NCBI GenBank assembly: GCA_041662565.1
Contig: JBAZSE010000001.1
Coordinates: 129,084-193,083 of the forward strand
Source: Patescibacteria group bacterium
GTDB taxonomy: Bacteria; Patescibacteriota; Patescibacteriia; UBA1558; UBA10009
Length of the DNA: 64,000 nucleotides
Direction: 5' to 3'
The notes below the pieces were generated by a model. That model did not search any database. It was not told the DNA's origin and was given only the letters and a program-made list of their open reading frames with translations. The stretch's first letter is position 1, and each line of letters opens with the position of its first letter. Both the position numbers and the translations under genes were made by a program. Shown piece by piece: positions 28,050-36,585 of the stretch.

Positions 28050-29912
28050 ATGGCATTTAAACCAACACAACTTACTTCCAACTCTTCGGCCAATCTTGGT
28101 CCGGCCAAACTTAAAGCCCAAGAACAGAGGGAGATTTTAGAAGCGGAAAAAATTTACCGCCAGGGAGTAACTTCGGTTAAAGATTTAATCGCCCCGGCCA
28201 GTTTAAAAGTGGAACCCCGGTTGGTAGAACTTAACGGCAAATATCTTACTACCTTGTTTGCCATTAATTATCCTCGTTACATTAATGTTGGCTGGTTTTC
28301 GCCGATTATTAATTACAGTTCGCCTTTGGATATTTCCATGTTTTTTTACCAGGTAAAAACGGAAATTATTTTAAAGCAATTAAAAAATAAAGTTGGCGGT
28401 TTACAGGCCCAGTTAATGGCTGATTCCGAAAAAGGTGCTCCTAGGGATCCCTTGCGGGAAACCGCTTTAAGGGATATTGAAACTTTGCGGGATGATTTAA
28501 CCCAGGGCACCGAAAGGTTTTTTCAATTTGCATTGTACGTTACCATTTACGCCGATACCAAAGAACAGTTGGAATTGTTGGTGGAAAAAATGGAATCGTT
28601 ATTCGGTTCCAAACTGGTTTATTCCAAGCGGGCACTGTATCAGGCCGAACAGGGTTTTAATTCCTGCTTGCCTTTGGCAAACGATGAATTGCAAATTTCT
28701 TTTAACATGAATTCTTCGCCAGTGGCTTCTTCTTTTCCGTTTATTTCTTCGGAATTAACTTCCAATGACGGTATTTTATATGGCATTAATCGGCATAACA
28801 ACAGTTTGATAATTTTTGACCGATTTAGTTTGCAAAACCCCAATTCTGTGGTGTTTGCCACGGCAGGTGCCGGCAAAAGCTACGCTATTAAGTTGGAAGT
28901 GTTGCGCAGCATGATGATGGGCACCGATGTGATTATTATTGATCCCGAAAGCGAATACAAATATTTGTGCGATGCTGTTGGCGGGGCCTACATTAATATT
29001 TCCCTTAATTCCGAAACCAAGCTTAATCCGTTTGATTTGCCTAAAAATGTTTTGGGCGACGATGCCAAGCCGGCCGATATTATTCGGAGCGCGGTTATAA
29101 CCTTAAAAGGTTTGATTCGGCTGATGCTGGGGGATTTAAGCCACGAAGAGGATTCTTTGGTTGATCGAGCGCTTTTGGAAACTTATGCCAAAAAAGATAT
29201 TACCCCTCAAAGCGATTTAACCAATGTGGAACCGCCGTTAATGAAGGATTTTGAAGAAGTTTTATCGGGCTTGGCCGGTGGCGAATCATTGGTTATGCGT
29301 TTGCGCAAGTATACTACGGGTACTTTTGCCGGCTTGTTTAATAGCCCGACCAATATTGATGTTAAAAACCAGTTGATTTGTTTTTCGGTTAGAGATTTAG
29401 AAGACGAGTTAAAACCCATTGCCATTTATTCCATTGTTAATTACATCTGGACGGTCGTAAGGTCGGAACTTAAAAAAAGGATTTTGGTTATTGATGAGGC
29501 CTGGTGGCTGATGCAACGGGAAGATAGCGCCAAATTTATTTTTGCGCTGGTTAAAAGGTGTCGTAAATATTATTTGGGGGTAACTACCATTACCCAGGAT
29601 GTTAATGACTTTTTAAGTTCACCCTATGGCAAGGCCATCATTACCAACTCCTCGCTGCAATTATTGTTAAAACAATCTCCGGCAGGCATAGAAATGATTA
29701 AAAACACTTTTATGCTAACGGAAGGCGAAAAATACCTGTTATTGGAAGGCAATGTGGGAGAGGGCATCTTTTTTGCCGGCGATAAACATGTGGCCATTTT
29801 GGTTAAGGCCAGCTATACCGAAGATCAGATAATAACTTCCGATCCCAAGCAGTTATTGGAAATTGAAGCTGCTAAAAAAGAGTTTGATGCCAGTTTAACT
29901 AATCAACAATAA
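28050..29912 (+). CDS. virB4: VirB4 / TrbE / PrgJ-type type IV secretion ATPase
   Basis: Walker A 'ATAGAGKSYAIK', 'IIIDPESEY' and 'VIDEAWWLM' (Walker B) follow a VirB4 N-domain. Total length is 620 aa. Confidence 0.88.
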   Translation: MAFKPTQLTSNSSANLGPAKLKAQEQREILEAEKIYRQGVTSVKDLIAPASLKVEPRLVELNGKYLTTLFAINYPRYINVGWFSPIINYSSPLDISMFFYQVKTEIILKQLKNKVGGLQAQLMADSEKGAPRDPLRETALRDIETLRDDLTQGTERFFQFALYVTIYADTKEQLELLVEKMESLFGSKLVYSKRALYQAEQGFNSCLPLANDELQISFNMNSSPVASSFPFISSELTSNDGILYGINRHNNSLIIFDRFSLQNPNSVVFATAGAGKSYAIKLEVLRSMMMGTDVIIIDPESEYKYLCDAVGGAYINISLNSETKLNPFDLPKNVLGDDAKPADIIRSAVITLKGLIRLMLGDLSHEEDSLVDRALLETYAKKDITPQSDLTNVEPPLMKDFEEVLSGLAGGESLVMRLRKYTTGTFAGLFNSPTNIDVKNQLICFSVRDLEDELKPIAIYSIVNYIWTVVRSELKKRILVIDEAWWLMQREDSAKFIFALVKRCRKYYLGVTTITQDVNDFLSSPYGKAIITNSSLQLLLKQSPAGIEMIKNTFMLTEGEKYLLLEGNVGEGIFFAGDKHVAILVKASYTEDQIITSDPKQLLEIEAAKKEFDASLTNQQ

Positions 29913-29913
29913 T

Positions 29914-30492
29914 ATGTCCCGTAAAAAAATTATTATCATTGCCATTTCCGTTTTGGTTTTAGCCGGCTTAGCTGTTGCTTTATTATTAATGGACGGTTCT
30001 TGGTTTGCGCCAAAAGTTGCTCCTGTTAACAATAATAATAACGCTACCACTACCTTGCCTCAGGTAAATAAAGGCGCAATACCTTTGGTGCCAAAAATTA
30101 CCTTAAAACCGCAAGAGCAGGCAGTTAGCACGGTGGCGCGCAATTTTGCCGAACGTTTTGGTAGTTATTCTACCGATAGCCAAATGGTTAATTTGGATGA
30201 GCTGGGCTTGATTTCCACCGCTAAAATGCAAACAACGCTTGTTTTGTTAAAAACGGAATTAAAAAAACAATATGATCCGGCAAAGGGTTTTTACGGCGTT
30301 TCTTCCAGGGCTTTAAAAATAGCTATTAATGATTTGGATGAAAATCAAGGTACGGCACAAGTAACTGTTAGTTTACAGAGGTCGGAACGCAAGGATGGCG
30401 CCGTTGATTATGTTTATTATCAAGATGTTGTGTTATCGTTAGTTAAATCAGGCGATGTTTGGCTGGTTGATAGCGCTAAATGGCAAGAATAA
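29914..30492 (+). CDS. Bitopic membrane protein (N-terminal TM plus a ~150-aa globular domain), possibly VirB8-like
   Basis: A single TM 'IIIIAISVLVLAGLAVALLL' and a compact alpha/beta C-domain. Context only. Confidence 0.3.
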   Translation: MSRKKIIIIAISVLVLAGLAVALLLMDGSWFAPKVAPVNNNNNATTTLPQVNKGAIPLVPKITLKPQEQAVSTVARNFAERFGSYSTDSQMVNLDELGLISTAKMQTTLVLLKTELKKQYDPAKGFYGVSSRALKIAINDLDENQGTAQVTVSLQRSERKDGAVDYVYYQDVVLSLVKSGDVWLVDSAKWQE

Positions 30493-30496
30493 TAAT

Positions 30497-31306
30497 ATGG
30501 CCGTTGCCCGTAAATTAGATCCGAAAGAAGAACAAGAATTAGCCCGTTTGTTGGCAGTGGTAAAAAAGGCAGACAGGAACAAACCTGCCAAAAGATTGGG
30601 TTCATCATCTGGCAATTCCACCAAACCGTTAACTCCCATGAATCCATTGGCTCAATCATCCGGATTTGATTCAGAGAACGACCAAGAAGAAATGGGTGAT
30701 CAAGAAAACACGGATCAATCCCCAGTGGGTGAATCTGAACAAGCAGGGAATCGTCCACAAGGCAGACAAGCAGCAGTTAGATTTGTTAATAATGCTCGGA
30801 ACCTAATTGAAAATAACGATTTGCCTGCTTTTGGTGATAAGAAGTTTAGGGAGGACTATGATAATTTTAAAAAAACCTCATTTGGACTAAAAACGCCTGC
30901 TGGCGCCATTAAAGAAGGTATAAAGCTGGGTTTAAGTTTAAGGCGGGGTTTGGCCGAAGGAGCATTTAGCTCATTTTTACTTATCTTATTGTTGGCCGTG
31001 ATTAAGGACTTATGGGATGTTTTGGATGTATCCACTTTAACAGGCGATATAGTTGGTTTGTTTATCACTACCACTGTGCTGGTGGCTTTATCTTTCCAGG
31101 GCACCTGGTTTAAGCGCTGGCTGATTAAAAAGTATTTAAAAAAATATATTTTGGCGATTTTGGCGGAACTGATTCCCGGGGTGGCTATTTTTCCTACTTT
31201 TACCATTATGGTGTTAATAATTAAATTCCAAAATGATAAAAGAATGGGTCAGCAAAAATTAATGGTAGAAGATTACGAAGAAGAGCTGGCTAAGTTGAAA
31301 GTTTAA
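30497..31306 (+). CDS. Membrane protein with an acidic low-complexity N-terminus and C-terminal TM helices
   Basis: Start taken at the ATG at 30497, because the ORF-track start at 30455 overlaps the upstream gene. Hydrophobic segments run over aa 165-250. Confidence 0.45.
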   Translation: MAVARKLDPKEEQELARLLAVVKKADRNKPAKRLGSSSGNSTKPLTPMNPLAQSSGFDSENDQEEMGDQENTDQSPVGESEQAGNRPQGRQAAVRFVNNARNLIENNDLPAFGDKKFREDYDNFKKTSFGLKTPAGAIKEGIKLGLSLRRGLAEGAFSSFLLILLLAVIKDLWDVLDVSTLTGDIVGLFITTTVLVALSFQGTWFKRWLIKKYLKKYILAILAELIPGVAIFPTFTIMVLIIKFQNDKRMGQQKLMVEDYEEELAKLKV

Positions 31307-31323
31307 GGGGGATGAAGAATAAT

Positions 31324-31361
31324 GAATAAGGAATAATGAATTTTCAAATTATTCCTTATTC
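31324..31361. promoter_or_regulatory. Perfect 14-bp inverted repeat with a 10-nt spacer, plus an extra direct copy of the half-site. Terminator or operator
   Basis: GAATAAGGAATAAT (31324-37), loop gaattttcaa, then ATTATTCCTTATTC (31348-61). It is followed by CTAATTCCTTATTC, which repeats the TTCCTTATTC core. Confidence 0.5.
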
Positions 31362-31382
31362 CTAATTCCTTATTCTATTCAT

Positions 31383-32632
31383 ATGAACGAACGTTTTAAA
31401 AAAATTATCATAGTTATCCTTTTTGCCGCCGCGGTTTTTACCATGGCTTATCTTATTTATTATTATTTTTTTAAGCCGGTCCAACCGGATGTTTTGCCTT
31501 TAAATAATAATCAAAACCAAAATTTCCCAGGGGGCCAGCTTCCGTTGATTAATTCAGGAGATGTGAATCGCATTGGCAATACCAATGTTAACGGGGCGCT
31601 TCCTAGCATCAGCCAATTGCCCGAAGGCGTAATTATTTCCGAAACAGCCACCGGCGGTTATACCCGGGTTAACTCGATTGGTAGTTCAAAACTTATTTCG
31701 CCCCAGCTTAACAGCAGTGGAGGTTTTAATTATTTTAATTCTGCTGAAGGCCGGTTTTATAAAATAGGCGCCGATGGCACAGCTACCCAGCTTACTGCCG
31801 AACGTTTTTACGCTGTGCAAAAAGTAACTTGGTCTCCGGGCGGGGCCAGCGCTGTTTTGGAATATCCCGATGGCTCCAACATTGTTTACGATTTTGCCAA
31901 AAATCAGCAATATAGTTTGCCTAAAGAATTGGAAAATTTTTCTTTTTCTTCCAGCGGAGGCGAACTGGCCGCCTCGGCCATTGGGCAGGGCGAAGAAAAC
32001 AATTGGATAGTAACCGCTAATCCGGATGGCTCCAATATTCAATTTGTGGAACGCTTGGGCGCTAACGCCGATAAGGTGGATATTAATTGGTCTCCCAACG
32101 GCCAAATGGTGGCTATGTACAAAAAAAATGTTGGCACAGACGCGCAAGAATTATTTTTATCGGCCGGAACGAAGAAAATTTTCAATCATTAACCGTTAAT
32201 GGCGGGGGATTTACGGGCAAATGGGCGCCTACAGGCAATAGATTGTTGTACAGCGTTTATCGCCATGATAATGATTTAAAGCCCATTTTACAATCGGTTG
32301 TTGCCGGGGGTGATAATACCGGTTCGAATAATATTGATCTAGGGTTAAACACTTGGCCCAATAAATGTGCTATTGCCAATGATGGTGTTACGGCTTACTG
32401 CGGGGTGCCGGATTATTTGCCAAAAGGCAGCGGCTTGTATCCTGTTTTAGCCAATGATTCCAGTGATATGTTTTATAAAGTTAATTTAGCCACAGGCGAA
32501 AAGTTTTTATTAGCCCAGCCAGTTGGCGAAGCCAGTAGTTATTCGGCTGATAAGGTATTTTTATCTGCCGATGAAAAAACTTTGTATTGGCAGGATGCCA
32601 AATCCGGGCGGATGTATAATATAAAGTTATAG
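31383..32632 (+). pseudogene. TolB-like / PD40 beta-propeller periplasmic protein with an N-terminal TM. It is split by an apparent frameshift near 32120-32175
   Basis: Frame 0 (31383-32192) ends 'NWSPNGQMVAMYKKNVG ... KKIFNH*'. Frame 2 continues 'NEENFQSLTVNGGGFTGKWAPTGNRLLYS' with the same 'WSPxG' repeats. An A8 homopolymer sits at 32121-32128. Confidence 0.55.
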
Positions 32633-32637
32633 TATAA

Positions 32638-33324
32638 TTGTTTATGTCCGATTTAAATCCAAAACAGCTTAATTTATTCATCAAACTGGCTTTGTTAGTT
32701 TTGGTAATTTTTACGATCCTTATTATTGTTCGTTCTTTTTACGGTTCCAAGGCCTTAAAAGATAGCGAAGAATATTTAGCTTCTTTAACTAATGTGGCTG
32801 TGCAAACAAGTGAACCATCCTTAACGGAGCCAATAACCCGGGCCACTGATCCAACTTTAGGCAATGCGGATGCTAAAAATAAAATAGTTGTTTACAGCGA
32901 TTTTCAGTGCCCTTATTGCGCTACCGCCATGCAAGTTTTAGCCCAGCTGTTAAAACAACATCCGATTGATTTATTGATTACTTGGAAGGATTTTCCCAAT
33001 CCCGATCATCCCCAAGCTCAAGGTGCAGCTGTAGTCGCCAGGTGCGCTGCTGCACAAAATAAGTTTTGGGATTTTCATGATTATCTTTATGCCAACCAGG
33101 ATCAACTCGGCCCTTCTTTGTATCCGCAAATCGTCGCTAGTTTAAAAATGGATCTTAATACCTTTAACCAATGCAATGACAATCAAATAGGCCTGCCTTT
33201 GGTTGAAGAAAACTTTACTGAAGCCATGGGCTTGCGTTTAGACGGCACGCCATATTTGTTTGTTAATAACCAAAAATATGTAGGAGCCATTAATGTGGCC
33301 GAATTGGAAAAAATGCTGAAGTGA
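32638..33324 (+). CDS. DsbA-like thiol:disulfide oxidoreductase (thioredoxin fold, CPYC active site) with an N-terminal TM anchor
   Basis: 'VYSDFQCPYCATA' and the downstream 'GTPYLFVNNQ' (cis-Pro region) follow an N-terminal TM helix. Confidence 0.75.
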   Translation: MFMSDLNPKQLNLFIKLALLVLVIFTILIIVRSFYGSKALKDSEEYLASLTNVAVQTSEPSLTEPITRATDPTLGNADAKNKIVVYSDFQCPYCATAMQVLAQLLKQHPIDLLITWKDFPNPDHPQAQGAAVVARCAAAQNKFWDFHDYLYANQDQLGPSLYPQIVASLKMDLNTFNQCNDNQIGLPLVEENFTEAMGLRLDGTPYLFVNNQKYVGAINVAELEKMLK

Positions 33325-33398
33325 GATATAATAGGCATATAACCTAAAGGGTAGATAGTGTATCAATTTTACTCGTTTTACGGCTAAAAACAGCAACT

Positions 33399-35156
33399 AT
33401 GAAATCCACTAAAATCTTATTATTAACTTTTTACTTTCTTGGATTAGGATTCTTAGCTTTGCCTCAAAATGCTATAGCGCAAGACTTAACAGGTCAATGC
33501 TGTGTTTGCATAACTGCCACTGGGGATGTTGTTAATGATACATCCTGCACATTTTATTTAACAGCTGATCAATGTCATGCCAAGAGTACCACTCCTCCCG
33601 ATGTAGGCGAGCAAACAGGAGACATACAAAGGGAGTATACAGCAACAACTTGCAGTTTAGCTGCTTGCTCAAACCCATCATGTCCTGCTTTACCTCAAAA
33701 TCCGCAAGATAGTCAAAGGATTAAACAATCCAATCTAAAATTTATTCCTAATATTTCTATTCCGGGAGCTTCAAAATTTCAACAAGGCGTGGGCACTGAT
33801 GTTACTCAAAGCTTATTGCCCGAGTATATTCAATCTTTGTATAAATTTTTTGTGGGCATTGCGGGAATTTTGGCAGTAGTAATGATTGCCATTGGTGGGT
33901 TAATATGGTTGTTTTCCGGCGGTGATTCCGGAAAAATTACAAAGGCCAAAGAAATAATAGTTGGCGCCATTGTTGGTTTAATTTTGGTTTTAACTTCATA
34001 TTTAATTTTAAATACGATTAATCCCAAGCTGGTCAGTTTTGCACCTTTAGGAGTGTATAAATTTAGTGAATTGCATGTGGGTACTTTTTGCGAGCCAAAC
34101 GAAAGAGTTTTGGTAGATGGCAAGCCAACAGTAGGCAATACTTTAAGATGCGGTCAAAAAGCCACGGTTGAAGGTAGTAATGAATCGTGCTTAGGTTATG
34201 GCTGTCCTAATTATCAAAATGGCGAAGTGTGTTATTTTAATCCAGGTATGCAGGAGGCAAAATGCTTAAGCTGTAATACTACAGATGATGATTTAATGTC
34301 TTTGTATAATATATCTCAAAATGACGCTGGTTGTTCGGCCTTAACGCCGCCTAAAGAGTATCAACCAATTGATCATAAGCAGTTATGTGTTTTTACCGAG
34401 GCTAGTCATGTTGACCCTAATGATGACACTTGTGCCTTAATTGATGTTGATTGTGGTAATGTTAATTCTTGTAGCAGTTATGATGATGCAAAGATAGGGG
34501 ATTTATATTTTGGTCATGGTGTTGGAATAGATTGGGCTGAAAGAAGCCATTTAGAAAGAATTTGTACTAATGACATTAATAATAATCCCAGTAGAACCGG
34601 TATTTGTGAGGCGGAGAATCCTTCTACCGGACAATTTTGGCTGAACGCCAATAAGACCTGTTACATACAAAATGATAGCGATTGCCGAGAAAGAATTGTT
34701 AATCAAGGCGAGCAACAAGTTGTTTCTGGCTGGACATATGATCCTGGTATTCAAGATCAAATGGTTGATGCTTCTGATGATTTAAAACAACTATTAAATT
34801 GTTTAAGGCCTAAATTGGATGAATTTGAAAAACAGCTTAGTCAGCCAGGCAGACCTCTTAAGATCGGTCGGATTTCTTCCATTAGTGACGCTGATTACAT
34901 TGGTAATGTAGGAGCTTGTAAAGTTACACCTAAGCCGGCTAAGTGCGATCATAGTGGAGCTTCATGCCATTATGGAGGAGATCAAAATGACGGTAAATCA
35001 TATGGAGTGGATATTGGCGATGAAGCTAATGGTCAGTATATTGAGCAAGCAGCTTCCGAATGCCAACATGGCTATATGGCTTTAGAGGGTACTCCTGGCC
35101 AACCGGGAGCGCATTATCATATTTCTACAGCTAGTTGTCGCATCCAAGGAGAATAA
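33399..35156 (+). CDS. Cys-rich secreted protein with an internal TrbC/VirB2-like pilin hairpin (two TM helices) and a C-terminal LAS/M15-like metallopeptidase signature
   Basis: Signal peptide present. 'FVGIAGILAVVMIAIGGLIWLFSGGDSGKITKAKEIIVGAIVGLILVLTSY' parallels the pilin domains at 52650 and 54444. The C-terminus carries 'SCHYGGDQNDGKSYGVDI ... AHYHIS', an H-x-n-D ... HxH pattern. Confidence 0.5.
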   Translation: MKSTKILLLTFYFLGLGFLALPQNAIAQDLTGQCCVCITATGDVVNDTSCTFYLTADQCHAKSTTPPDVGEQTGDIQREYTATTCSLAACSNPSCPALPQNPQDSQRIKQSNLKFIPNISIPGASKFQQGVGTDVTQSLLPEYIQSLYKFFVGIAGILAVVMIAIGGLIWLFSGGDSGKITKAKEIIVGAIVGLILVLTSYLILNTINPKLVSFAPLGVYKFSELHVGTFCEPNERVLVDGKPTVGNTLRCGQKATVEGSNESCLGYGCPNYQNGEVCYFNPGMQEAKCLSCNTTDDDLMSLYNISQNDAGCSALTPPKEYQPIDHKQLCVFTEASHVDPNDDTCALIDVDCGNVNSCSSYDDAKIGDLYFGHGVGIDWAERSHLERICTNDINNNPSRTGICEAENPSTGQFWLNANKTCYIQNDSDCRERIVNQGEQQVVSGWTYDPGIQDQMVDASDDLKQLLNCLRPKLDEFEKQLSQPGRPLKIGRISSISDADYIGNVGACKVTPKPAKCDHSGASCHYGGDQNDGKSYGVDIGDEANGQYIEQAASECQHGYMALEGTPGQPGAHYHISTASCRIQGE

Positions 35157-35241
35157 ATTTTATTTTTAAAAATCCTCAATTACTTTATTTTTTGGGGATT
35201 TTTGATTTGCGGAAAAAGCCAAAATCTGTTAATTTTACCCT

Positions 35242-36585
35242 ATGAATTCAACAATCTTTACTTGTTCAAAGTGCGATGGGCAAGCCCTAAAATGGGCTGG
35301 CCGTTGTTTGGAATGCGGTGCCTGGGGTACTCTGACGGAAGGGACAAATAACAAGATACAATCAACAAGGAAAACTCAAAAATCAAATACTAAACCATCA
35401 AACGAGGTGGTGGACTTAACTCAAAACTCAAAACTCAAAACTGGCAATTATCATAAGTTGGTTACCGGTTTTACCGAATTTGATAAGGTGTTGGGAGGCG
35501 GTATTACTCCAGGCAGCTTGATTTTATTGGGTGGAGATCCGGGGGTTGGTAAATCCACCATGGCTTTACAGCTTGCCAGTGGTTTTAAGGAAGAAGTTTT
35601 GTATGTTTCCGCCGAAGAATCAGCCGATCAAGTGTCGGGCCGACTCTCTCGTTTAGTTAAAGGCCAAGGCAGTTTAAAATTTTTAAAAGAAGATGATTTG
35701 GAAACTATTTTAGCCACTATTGAAGATAATCAACCGCAATTGGTAATTATTGATTCCATTCAAACCATTTACTTGGATGAGGTTAAATCTTTAGCCGGCA
35801 GTATTAACCAGCTTAAGGCCTGTACGGTCCGGCTTTTGGAATGCGCCAAAAATAACAATATCAGCATTATTTTAATCGGCCATGTTACTAAAGAAGGCGA
35901 ACTGGCCGGACCTAAAACCACCGAACATTTGGTGGACGTAGTATTATATTTAGAAGGCGATAAATACAAGCAGTATAGATTACTTAGGGCGGCTAAAAAT
36001 CGTTTTGGTTCAACCGATGAAGTGGCTATTTTAGAAATGACTAAAGAGGGCTTAACGGCAGTGGCTAACCCTTCCAAAATATTTTTAGCCGAAAGCCATC
36101 AACAGCCGGGCGCGGTTATTTGCGCCGTCGCCGAGGGCTCGCAGATTTTTTTGGTGGAAGTTCAGGCCTTGGTAAGTAAAACAACTTTTAATTATCCCAA
36201 GCGTTCCAGTTCGGGGTTTGACCAAAAGAGATTGGAATTATTAACCACTATTTTAAGCAAACGAGCTAACATTAATTTGGCTAACTTTGATGTTTATTTA
36301 AATATTGCCGGTGGCTTAACTTTAAAAGAGCCCGCCTTGGATTTGGCTGTTTGCGCCGCGATTAACAGCGCGTATCATGATAAGGTCTGGCCGGCAAAAA
36401 CCGTTATTTTTGGCGAGGTTGGTTTGGCGGGCGAAGTGCGAACTGTGGCCAAAACCAAAGAACGCTTAAAAGAATCTTTAAAGCTTGGGTTTACTAAAAT
36501 TGTTTTACCCTCTTTTGAGGGAGAAATTAAAGGCGTAACGGCAATTAAGGTAAAAGAGGTTAAAGAGATTGCTAAATTATTCTAA
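35242..36585 (+). CDS. radA: DNA repair protein RadA/Sms
   Basis: Zn-finger 'CSKCDGQALKWAGRCLECGAW', Walker A 'GGDPGVGKST', KNRFG motif 'NRFGSTDEVAI' and a Lon-like C-domain. Confidence 0.93.
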   Translation: MNSTIFTCSKCDGQALKWAGRCLECGAWGTLTEGTNNKIQSTRKTQKSNTKPSNEVVDLTQNSKLKTGNYHKLVTGFTEFDKVLGGGITPGSLILLGGDPGVGKSTMALQLASGFKEEVLYVSAEESADQVSGRLSRLVKGQGSLKFLKEDDLETILATIEDNQPQLVIIDSIQTIYLDEVKSLAGSINQLKACTVRLLECAKNNNISIILIGHVTKEGELAGPKTTEHLVDVVLYLEGDKYKQYRLLRAAKNRFGSTDEVAILEMTKEGLTAVANPSKIFLAESHQQPGAVICAVAEGSQIFLVEVQALVSKTTFNYPKRSSSGFDQKRLELLTTILSKRANINLANFDVYLNIAGGLTLKEPALDLAVCAAINSAYHDKVWPAKTVIFGEVGLAGEVRTVAKTKERLKESLKLGFTKIVLPSFEGEIKGVTAIKVKEVKEIAKLF

